Positions 52,150-60,562 of a stretch of 64,000 bases of DNA are shown in pieces. The notes below the pieces were generated by a model. The model had not been told where the DNA came from. It made no database searches and was given only the letters and a program-made list of their open reading frames with translations. This stretch comes from an uncultured Gemmatimonadaceae bacterium (GTDB lineage Bacteria > Gemmatimonadota > Gemmatimonadetes > Gemmatimonadales > Gemmatimonadaceae), in assembly GCA_963829055.1 (NCBI GenBank), contig CAWHHI010000008.1, positions 96,001 through 160,000 on the forward strand, in the 5' to 3' direction. The translations under genes and the position numbers were made by a program. Numbering within the stretch: position 1 is the first letter of the stretch; the number at the start of each line of letters is the position of its first letter.

Positions 52150-53220
52150 TATCCCGCCCCGGCAGTTCGCCGACCGCTGCGCACCGCGATGATCTCTGCG
52201 AGCACGCTCAACGCGATCTCCTGCGGCGTGCGTGCGCCAATGTCGAGGCCGACGGGGATGTGAACACGAGCCATCTCATCGCTGCCGGTCCCGTTGCCTG
52301 CGAGAAACTCACGTATGGCGTTCTTGCGGCGATGGCTGCCGAGGACACCGATGTATCCGACGCGACTTCGAAGCGCCACCTCGAGCACCGGGAGATCGTA
52401 CTTGAAGTCGTGCGACACGAGCACCAGAGCGGTCGCTGGTGAAAGTGGCGAGTCGGCGATGAGCTCGGACGGCATTCCCACGAGCAACGTGTCCGCCGCG
52501 GGAAACCGGTCGCGGGTCGCCCAGCGATCGCGGCCGTCGATGACGGTCGTATGGAATCCCAACAAGCCCGCCATCTGCACCAGCGACACCGCAACGTCGG
52601 TCGCGCCAACAACGATCAGCGATGGAAGCGACGCGTGTACCTGCACGAACACGTCGATTGTCCCGGTCGCCACCGGAATGGGCACCACGCCAGCGGCGCG
52701 CGCATCGATGAGATCGTTGGCAACGCTTGCCAGGCCGGCGTCCAGCTCGGCGGAGCCCAATGAGCCAATGCGAGTGCCATCGTTCGAGCACGACGAGTCG
52801 ATGCGGATGATCGCCGAGGGCGGCCGCTTCGATTGCCGTCCGCCCGGACCTCACCGCATCTCGCACTGCATCGGTGGCGAGAGCGAGCGGATCGTCACGC
52901 CGCGTGACATCGACCGGCTCGACGAGAACGTCGACGTTCCCGGCGCACGTCATGCCGAACGCCCATGCATCCTCGTCGCCGAGCGGCAGCGACACGCGCG
53001 CGCACTTGCCGCTGCGAAGCGCTTCCTCGGCGAGCTCCACGGCGCGCGCGTCGATGCAACCGCCAATGGTGACCGACCCGACGATCGCGCCATGGTCATC
53101 GACCCACATGGTTTCGCCGAGACGGCGTATCGCGCCGCCGGTCGTCGCAACCAGCGTGACGACCGCGGCCCGACGTCCCTTCTCGCGCAACTCGGTGATT
53201 CGGTCGGCCGTCAAAGTCAT
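52149..53220 (-). CDS. xdhC: XdhC/CoxI xanthine dehydrogenase accessory protein, with a +1 frameshift near 52784
   Basis: GSVTIGGC, FGMTCAG, YIGVLGS, PVGLDIGA and EIALS motifs over two frames. Confidence 0.85.
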
Positions 53221-53444
53221 CGATGAGCCATCGCTCGCCACGCACTGTCGCGGTCACGTCAACCAACGCCGGAATATCGACGAGGGTCCACAGCGTAACA
53301 AGCCGGACGGCTTGGCTTCGACGTCGATTTTCGCCGATCCGGCATTGCGCGGAGACGAGGTGCTCGTAAGACTCCTCCGCCTGTACCGGCACATACGCTC
53401 ACCACTGACGTGGGCACCGTAGATGATGACCCTCGCCCTCATTG

Positions 53445-54650
53445 ATGCGCGCCTCTGTTCTCGCCAGCGCCATTTGCGCTTCGCTTCTCCTATGCACTGC
53501 CCCCGGCGTCTCGCGAGCGCAGGATTCCACCTCCGCCACCGAAAAAGCGTGGTATGATCGGTTGACGTTTCGCGGATACGCGCAGTTCAGGTACAACCGC
53601 CTCCTCGAGACGAACGAGCTGCTGAAGTGCCCGACCTGCGATCGGTCCATCGGCGCGAACGGCGGATTCTTCCTGCGGCGCGCACGGCTCGCAATGCTCT
53701 ACGAGGTGAACGATCACATCACGGTGAGCATTCAACCGGACTTCAGTTCGGAGGTCGGCGGGCGCGAGAACACGCTCGTGCTGCGGCAGTATTTCGCGGA
53801 CCTCTATTTCGACAGTGCGCGAACCCTGCGAGCGAGAATCGGCCAGAGTGAAGTGCCAACAGGATTCGAAGCCCTGCAGTCCAGCGGTCGACGCACGCCG
53901 CTGGACCGCAGTGACGCCATGGAGAGCACCACGCCAGGCGAGCAAGAGCTCGGCGTGTTTTTCTACTGGACGCCGTCCGCTGTGAAGCGGCGCATCCGCA
54001 CGCTCGCCACCTCGCAGTTGAAGGGCGCGGGCGATTACGGCGCGGTCGCGCTAGGCGTGTACAACGGCCAGGGTGGCAATCGGGCAGAGGCGAACGACGA
54101 ACGGCACGTCGTCGCGCGCATTGCGTACCCCTTCATCGTCCGCGGTCAGTACGTGGAGGTGAACGCGCACGCGCTCGCCGGGACGTATACGATCGCGACC
54201 GGGCAGCGCGCACCCGGAGTGGGTGGCGATGACGACTTCGCCGACCGTCGAGTCGGTGGGTCGTTGATCATCTACCCACAGCCGCTCGGCCTTCAGGGGG
54301 AGTGGACTGTCGGTCGCGGACCTCAGTACGACGCGACCACGAACTCCATCGAGGACCGATCGCTTCGTGGCGGATATGCGATGATGTCGTATTCCTTCGA
54401 CTTCGCCGGTCCGCACCGCGTGGTGGCGTATGCGCGTGCGCAGTACTTCCAGGGCGGGTTCAAGACCGATCCCGATGCGCGCAGCTCGGTCGTTCACGAG
54501 TACGAGCCGGGCCTCGAGTGGACGCTCAACGAGGGACTCGAGTTCACCGCGGCCTACGCGATCTCGGATCGTCTCTACCGCGATAGTGTCGCGCCCAACA
54601 ATCACCAGCGCGGGCAGTTCCTGCGACTGCAGGCCCAGGTCAGCTTCTGA
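53445..54650 (+). CDS. Phosphate-selective porin (OprO/OprP-like)
   Basis: Signal peptide; RGYAQFRY, FLRRAR, GVYNGQG and terminal QAQVSF. Confidence 0.75.
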   Translation: MRASVLASAICASLLLCTAPGVSRAQDSTSATEKAWYDRLTFRGYAQFRYNRLLETNELLKCPTCDRSIGANGGFFLRRARLAMLYEVNDHITVSIQPDFSSEVGGRENTLVLRQYFADLYFDSARTLRARIGQSEVPTGFEALQSSGRRTPLDRSDAMESTTPGEQELGVFFYWTPSAVKRRIRTLATSQLKGAGDYGAVALGVYNGQGGNRAEANDERHVVARIAYPFIVRGQYVEVNAHALAGTYTIATGQRAPGVGGDDDFADRRVGGSLIIYPQPLGLQGEWTVGRGPQYDATTNSIEDRSLRGGYAMMSYSFDFAGPHRVVAYARAQYFQGGFKTDPDARSSVVHEYEPGLEWTLNEGLEFTAAYAISDRLYRDSVAPNNHQRGQFLRLQAQVSF

Positions 54651-55668
54651 CGTCGTCCTGAGGATCAGCTGCCGGCTGCTCCGGGACGGCGCGCCATCGA
54701 AGCGACCAGTGACGCGTCGCGCCGGCTTCGAGCCAGTGCGCATTTTTCCACGCGCCGAGCGCTTCCTCGAGCGTGTCCGGCGCGCCGATGCAGGGCTCGA
54801 ACGAGAGATGCGTGTACGGCTTCCCGCGCTTGAGCGGCGTCCACGCGCCACGGTTTATCCACAGCCCGAAGTTCGGGACTTCATCGACCTTGAACATCAC
54901 TTCGAGGCGCAATCCATCCTCGATGACGGCGGCTCGTCCTTCACGCATTTCGAGAAAAAGCTTGCACGCATAACGTTTCGCGACGCCGAATGGGTTCGAC
55001 ATGTCGAGCAGCCGTCCGGATGACCGCACCATGGGCCAGCGAAGATCGGTCGCGCCGACGCCGAGCGCGATCTCGTGCTGCGCGTAGACGTGCATGCGTG
55101 TGGCAGCCGGGAATTCGATCCGCGTGGCGCTCGTTAGGTTGAGAATCGGGTGTGCCGCCCAGACGAACGGCACACGATCGGTGCCCGTGTTCGTTGCCTC
55201 GTAGCGGCACTCCACCTCACCCGTCGGCGTCACGCGAACCTCGCGCGTGAAGCGGTACGGCATGCGGCGCCCCATCCAGGTCGTCGTCGCGCTCTGCCCT
55301 TCGGGTGACGTGCGTACGTCGATCGTCGGGATCTGAGACCAGAGCTCACCGTGATCGGGGAGTTGCGCGCCACCGAAGCCACGCACCCACGTCGGAACCT
55401 TGCTCGCGCCTCTATTCGGAAAGCACTCGTCATACCCGCCCGTATCCGCCGTCTCGGCGTAGGACGCGCTCTCGTCAGGCACCGTGTACGGCGTGACATC
55501 GCTGCTCCAGAGCCACTGACGTCCACCGAGCTCGAGGTGCGCGATCTTGCCGCCCAGCGCAGGCACAATCAGCACGCGCGATCCGCCACCGCGCAGCTCG
55601 GCGAACCCGAAATCCTCGAAGCGCGGCGTAGGCTCCGCGGGGCGAGACCGTCCGAAGAAGGACTTCAG
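54640..55668 (-). CDS. Galactose mutarotase / aldose epimerase-like protein; start uncertain
   Basis: PALGGKI, GGYDECFP, DHGELW, WAAHP and FEPC motifs; frame stays coding-like up to a CTG at 55668. Confidence 0.75.
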   Translation of the reverse strand: MKSFFGRSRPAEPTPRFEDFGFAELRGGGSRVLIVPALGGKIAHLELGGRQWLWSSDVTPYTVPDESASYAETADTGGYDECFPNRGASKVPTWVRGFGGAQLPDHGELWSQIPTIDVRTSPEGQSATTTWMGRRMPYRFTREVRVTPTGEVECRYEATNTGTDRVPFVWAAHPILNLTSATRIEFPAATRMHVYAQHEIALGVGATDLRWPMVRSSGRLLDMSNPFGVAKRYACKLFLEMREGRAAVIEDGLRLEVMFKVDEVPNFGLWINRGAWTPLKRGKPYTHLSFEPCIGAPDTLEEALGAWKNAHWLEAGATRHWSLRWRAVPEQPAADPQDDVRS

Positions 55669-56939
55669 GGGACCGGCTCGTCGAGAACGGCGACACCCGC
55701 AGCGCGCACGTCGATTCCACGACTCGCGAAGATCCGCGTAATTGTCTCGCCGATCTTGTTGTTAGGCGTGCTCGCACCAGCAGTCAGCCCGACCCGGACG
55801 CCATCGTGAATCGGCATCCAGTCGGTCGCCACCGCTTCGCTATGCTTGACCCCCGCCGGCCGGTACGTGATGCGATGCATGTCGGGCTCGATGCTCGTCG
55901 CATCCTCGATATGGTACGTGGGCACGCGGTCCGCGCATAACGCGGCGAGCGATATCGTGTTGCTCGAGTTGTAGCCGCCGATGACGACCATCACGTCCAG
56001 TGGCTCCCGGAGGAGATCTTCGACCGCGTCCTGGCGATCCTGCGTTGCCGAGCAGATCGTGTCGAACGTGCGGAAATTCGCTGCCCGGTAGTCGTCGCCG
56101 TAGCGCCGAGCCATGGCCCGACCAGCTTCCTCGCCGATCGCCAGCGATTCACGCGCGAGCATCGTCGTCTGGTTCGCGACGCCAATCCGTCGCAGATGCA
56201 CATCCGGATCGAAGCCGGGAGACGCTGCGCGCGCGAAGCGCGCCAGGAACTCGTCGCGCGTTCCGCGGCCCTCGATGTACTCACAGACGAGTTGCGCCTC
56301 GCTCATGTCGCGGACCACGAGGAACGCGCCGCCGGGATATCGCTCCACCTGGGACGCGGTCGCGCGAGTCTCTTCGTGGTAGTGCTTGCCATGGATGAGC
56401 GCGGTGAACCCATCGCGCGCGTAGCTCTCCACGCGCTTCCAGACGTTGAGGACCGACCCACACGTGGTGTCGACGACGACGCAGCCGAGCCCGCGGAGAG
56501 TCTCGAAGTCGCGGACCGTCACGCCGAACGCGGGCAGAATCACGACATCCGACACAGACACACCAGCGTAGTCGAAAACCGGTTTACCGTCTGCGTCCTG
56601 GCCGGGCGCGAGGATCTGGATCCCCATCTCGCCCAACCGGCGGTTGACGTGCGGGTTGTGGATGATCTCGCCAACCAGGAGAATCCGGCGATCCGGAAAC
56701 TTCCGACGGGTCTGATAGGCGTACTCGACCGCCCGCTCGACACCGTAACAGAAGCCAAATTCCCGGGCGAGCCGGACCGTGACAGCCCCGATGGTCAGAG
56801 TGTGGTCGTGCTCGCGGAGCAGGTCGACCAGCGAGCCGTCGTAATCGGCCGCCAGCGTCCCTTCGACCTCACCCTTGAGCCCGAATCCCTTGCGAAAGTA
56901 CGTCGCGGGTGGCGTCGATCCCTGCTCTGGTACCGTCAT
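55665..56939 (-). CDS. ispH: 4-hydroxy-3-methylbut-2-enyl diphosphate reductase
   Basis: FGFCYGVERA, IIHNP, DTTC, NQTT, TICSAT, SSN and AGASTP motifs. Confidence 0.95.
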   Translation of the reverse strand: MTVPEQGSTPPATYFRKGFGLKGEVEGTLAADYDGSLVDLLREHDHTLTIGAVTVRLAREFGFCYGVERAVEYAYQTRRKFPDRRILLVGEIIHNPHVNRRLGEMGIQILAPGQDADGKPVFDYAGVSVSDVVILPAFGVTVRDFETLRGLGCVVVDTTCGSVLNVWKRVESYARDGFTALIHGKHYHEETRATASQVERYPGGAFLVVRDMSEAQLVCEYIEGRGTRDEFLARFARAASPGFDPDVHLRRIGVANQTTMLARESLAIGEEAGRAMARRYGDDYRAANFRTFDTICSATQDRQDAVEDLLREPLDVMVVIGGYNSSNTISLAALCADRVPTYHIEDATSIEPDMHRITYRPAGVKHSEAVATDWMPIHDGVRVGLTAGASTPNNKIGETITRIFASRGIDVRAAGVAVLDEPVP

Positions 56940-57060
56940 GTGTTAGAATCTAGCAGCCGTCATCGTGAGGCGCGAAGCGCCCCACGACCGTCCGTCAGCA
57001 GCATTTCTCCAACGCGCTTTGTCCTCTTCGCTTGATATCGACGCCTGGGATCCTTCGATC

Positions 57061-58023
57061 GTGACCCCGGAGGAAAACGGTTCCGAGCCACCACCACTGC
57101 TTCGCCCGGCGCCGCTGGTAAAGGGCGAAGCGATCGGCGTGGTTGCCCCATCGTATGCCCCACGGGAGGGGTGGCTTCATCGCGGCGTGAAGGCCCTGGA
57201 ACGCGCGGGCTACGGCGTCATCCTCGATAGCGAGATCGGCACCATGCGGCGCTTCGAGCGGATGGAAGACGAACGTCGGGCCGAGAACTTCATGGGAATG
57301 TGGCTCGACCCGCGCGTGAAAGCGGTGATCGGCGGCACGGGCGGGTACGGGGCGGCGCGAATGATCCCGCACCTCGAGCCCGAGGTGTTTCGCCGGAATC
57401 CGAAAGCGTTCGTCGGCTACTCCGACATCACCGCCCTTCACCTGTGGCTCATGCGCCGGTCGGGATTACGTGTCTTTCACGGGCCAACCGTGGATGACCT
57501 CATCCCGAGTGCGCGCGACCCAACGATGGCGTCGCTGCTCACGGCCCTCACGTCGCCTCGACCGTCCACACGGATGGGGCGCGACGTCTCGCGCGCCGTG
57601 CGCCCAGGGCGCGCGGTCGGCCGACTGACCGGCGGCAATCTCTCGCTCGTCCAGCAGTCGATCGGCACGCCGTACGAGATCGACACACGGGGAGCGATCC
57701 TCTTTGTGGAGGAGACGCGCGACCCCATGTCTTTCGTCGACGAGCGGCTCGTTCACCTGCGTGCCGCCGGCCTACTGCGAAACCTGCGCGGGATCGTCTT
57801 CGGGCACCTCTCGCTCGACCGCTCCGAAGAGGACGAGTTCGAGGACTTTCTGCTCGATCTGGTGTCGGATCTGAAAGTGCCAGTTCTCATGGACTTTCCC
57901 GCTGGCCACGAGATTCCGAACCTCACGCTGCCGATCGGGACTGAGGTCGAGCTGGTCGTCGAGGAGACCACGGGATGGCTGCAGTATCGCGAGGACGCGC
58001 TGGAGGCTCCCCCACAGGACTGA
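57061..58023 (+). CDS. ldcA: LD-carboxypeptidase (S66)
   Basis: GGYG, GYSDIT, GGNLS, FVEE and AGH motifs. Confidence 0.88.
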   Translation: MTPEENGSEPPPLLRPAPLVKGEAIGVVAPSYAPREGWLHRGVKALERAGYGVILDSEIGTMRRFERMEDERRAENFMGMWLDPRVKAVIGGTGGYGAARMIPHLEPEVFRRNPKAFVGYSDITALHLWLMRRSGLRVFHGPTVDDLIPSARDPTMASLLTALTSPRPSTRMGRDVSRAVRPGRAVGRLTGGNLSLVQQSIGTPYEIDTRGAILFVEETRDPMSFVDERLVHLRAAGLLRNLRGIVFGHLSLDRSEEDEFEDFLLDLVSDLKVPVLMDFPAGHEIPNLTLPIGTEVELVVEETTGWLQYREDALEAPPQD

Positions 58024-58060
58024 TCGACGTCGCGCTCGGCGGGCGTTAGGCGCCGGTAGA

Positions 58061-58477
58061 CTAGGCGACAGTATACGGTGCGAGGCGTTCGATCAGCTCG
58101 GCTGGCAGCGGCCGCTTCTCCAGCGTCGACACGTCGACGGCCACGACGACAAGATAGCCCTTCGCGCGGAGGGTCCCGTCGTCAGCGAACATGTCGAAGT
58201 TGACCGTGAGCGACGTTCGTCCAATCGCGCTCACGTAGGTGCGGATCTCCATGCGCTCATCGAGCCGGGCCGGAGTCATGAACTCCGTGTGCATCACTTT
58301 GCGCGGCAGCGTCACGGCGTGCCGAGCCACCATGTCGTGATACAGCAACCCGACCGCGCGCAGCAGTTCGGACTCCGCGAACTCGAAGAAGCGAAGGTAG
58401 GCGTCGTACCGGATGATGCCGACGATGTCGACGTCGCCCCACCGCACGTACTCGTGCACCACGAACGGCGCACCCAT
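58061..58477 (-). CDS. Acyl-CoA thioesterase (4HBT/YbgC family)
   Basis: VRWGDVDIVG..YLRFFE, PARLDE and GRTS motifs. Confidence 0.85.
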   Translation of the reverse strand: MGAPFVVHEYVRWGDVDIVGIIRYDAYLRFFEFAESELLRAVGLLYHDMVARHAVTLPRKVMHTEFMTPARLDERMEIRTYVSAIGRTSLTVNFDMFADDGTLRAKGYLVVVAVDVSTLEKRPLPAELIERLAPYTVA

Positions 58478-59058
58478 CACGCTCCCTCGGCGTACTGCGC
58501 CGGCGAGAGGAATGGCGCGAGCGCGTACGCCACGAGCGTCTCGTACGCGCGCTGCCTGTCGACGAGACCCGCCGTGAGAATGCCGACTGCACCGGCGCCG
58601 TGTTTCGTGCCGATGGCTCCGGTGACGCGGTCCATGGCATGCCCCAGTTCGACGCCGTCCCGCACGAGAGCGGCTACGCGTGGTGGCAGCGGCATGGCGA
58701 GCGATCCACCAACACCGACGCGACCATCGCGCGCGACGACCGATGCCCACGCACACGTGCGCATCCCGCCGTCGTCCTCGACGACGCCGCCCTCGAGGCC
58801 GACACCGACATCGGCGTCGCCCGCGGCCAGCGCCGCGCGTGCCCGTTGCGTTGCGCCGCGAATCGTCTCGGCATCGCCGAACGGCTGGTCCCGGACACCT
58901 GACGCGACCGCCACACTCACCACGGACGCGGTCCAACCACAGCGGGCCAACACGGCCGCGACGGCAGCGATTTTCACCGGGTTCGTTGAACCGACGGCGA
59001 CGCGGCTCAGCCGAACACCATCTGTCGTCGGACTCGTTGTGGGTTCGATCACCGACAT
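58477..59058 (-). CDS. yjjX: Inosine/xanthosine triphosphatase
   Basis: VGSTNPVK, SGVRDQP, GLEGG, ELG and GAVGILT motifs. Confidence 0.88.
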   Translation of the reverse strand: MSVIEPTTSPTTDGVRLSRVAVGSTNPVKIAAVAAVLARCGWTASVVSVAVASGVRDQPFGDAETIRGATQRARAALAAGDADVGVGLEGGVVEDDGGMRTCAWASVVARDGRVGVGGSLAMPLPPRVAALVRDGVELGHAMDRVTGAIGTKHGAGAVGILTAGLVDRQRAYETLVAYALAPFLSPAQYAEGA

Positions 59059-59197
59059 GCGTCCTCCACCGGGCGCTGGACGGCGGAAATCTAGCGTCGC
59101 CGGTAGGCCGACGCCCACGATCGCCTGACGCGAACGCGCCAGCTTCCTCGCGGACCTGCTTGCCGGTTTTCCAGAGTGGGCGTAAGCTTTGCCGCCC

Positions 59198-60007
59198 ATG
59201 CTCGAGCCTCGCTTCGAACCCACGCTTGCCGACAGTGCTCAGTCGCCGCCATCGACGCGGCGCGAGGGCACGCCATTCATTTTCATCGGCGAACGACTGT
59301 GGCTCGACTTCGTGAACACCGACGATCTGCGTCGCGGCGTGAGGTTCGACGCGCTGCGTGAGTTCGAGACGTTCGTGCAGTGGCTCGAAGCCGCGAATGT
59401 GCTCGACGCCGAGCGTGCCGCTGGATTGCGACGCCGCGCGCAGCAGCAGCCGTCTGGCGCTGGGGCAGCACTCGTGGATGCGCGTCGCGTTCGGGCGTCG
59501 CTGCGCGCACTCGCCGAGCGCGGACACAACACCGAGAAAGCGCGGATCGACACGCTCACCGAGATCAATCGCATCCTCGGCCGCAGCGCGGGAACACGCA
59601 GACTCGAGCCGAAGAGCGACGGGACGTTCGCGCGCAGCTTCGTACCAGTGGGTGACGCGTTCGCCGGCTTGCTGATTCCGGTCGTCGAGAGCGCCGCCGA
59701 TGCGCTGGTGATCGGCGAGTTGTCCAGGATCCGACGATGCGCCGACAGCCGCTGTCCTCGCGTGTTCTACGATGGAACGAAGAATGGGCGACGTCGCTGG
59801 TGCGACATGGCCACCTGTGGGAATCGCGCGAAGGCCGCCCGGCACCGCGTCCGCAGGCGTGAGGCGGGAGACCCGCTGGACGATGCTCGGCCCGACGACG
59901 TACAGCCTCCAGCAATCGAGCAAGGGCGTCGTGGCGCCGGACTCGGTGATGCTCTCGCCGCCGGCTGTGCGCGAGCTGCGCTGACGCGCGTCCGCAGCAA
60001 CGCGTGA
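59198..60007 (+). CDS. ABATE / CGNR zinc-finger protein
   Basis: LDFVNT; C..C..FYD...RRWCDMATCGNRAK. Confidence 0.88.
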   Translation: MLEPRFEPTLADSAQSPPSTRREGTPFIFIGERLWLDFVNTDDLRRGVRFDALREFETFVQWLEAANVLDAERAAGLRRRAQQQPSGAGAALVDARRVRASLRALAERGHNTEKARIDTLTEINRILGRSAGTRRLEPKSDGTFARSFVPVGDAFAGLLIPVVESAADALVIGELSRIRRCADSRCPRVFYDGTKNGRRRWCDMATCGNRAKAARHRVRRREAGDPLDDARPDDVQPPAIEQGRRGAGLGDALAAGCARAALTRVRSNA

Positions 60008-60543
60008 GCCTCGTTAGGGTCGTCCGCACGTATCTCGAGCTACGCTCACCGAACGCCCTCCGCTCCGCAACGCGCGACGACCCCGCCCTGCGTCTCGCAC
60101 GCATGGCGCCCGACGACATCCGGCTATTCAGGGAGTTGTATCACGACGTCGGCCACGCCCATCAGTGGCACGATCGCAACTCGCTCTCTGACAGCGAGCT
60201 GCGGACGCACTTCGAGTCACCCGATGTGGCGCTCTGGGTGCTGTACCACGACGATACCCCGGCAGGATTCTTCGAGCTGCGGCGTCACGCGGACGACAGC
60301 GTCGAGATCGTGTATTTCGGCCTGACGGCCGCGTTCACCGGCCGGGGGCTCGGCAAGCACCTGCTCTCTCGCGCGGCGGAGACTGCGTGGGCCTTCGGCG
60401 CCGAGCGCGTGTGGCTGCACACGTGTACGCTCGACTCACCGGCAGCACTGCCTAACTACCTCGCGCGTGGATTCGAGCCGTACAAGACCGAGACGTACCA
60501 GGCGGTCGTTCGCGACGATCAGCCGGAGACGCCTAACGACTGA
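60004..60543 (+). CDS. GNAT N-acetyltransferase
   Basis: TYLE, YFGL, GRGLG, VWLHTCTLD and NYLARGF motifs. Confidence 0.88.
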   Translation: MSLVRVVRTYLELRSPNALRSATRDDPALRLARMAPDDIRLFRELYHDVGHAHQWHDRNSLSDSELRTHFESPDVALWVLYHDDTPAGFFELRRHADDSVEIVYFGLTAAFTGRGLGKHLLSRAAETAWAFGAERVWLHTCTLDSPAALPNYLARGFEPYKTETYQAVVRDDQPETPND

Positions 60544-60562
60544 CGCCCGGTCCCGGCTGCCC

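Noticed and set aside
58061..59923. 620-aa minus-strand ORF
   Set aside because: Only the last 138 aa (thioesterase) are protein-like; the rest is off-frame to yjjX and antisense to the CGNR gene.
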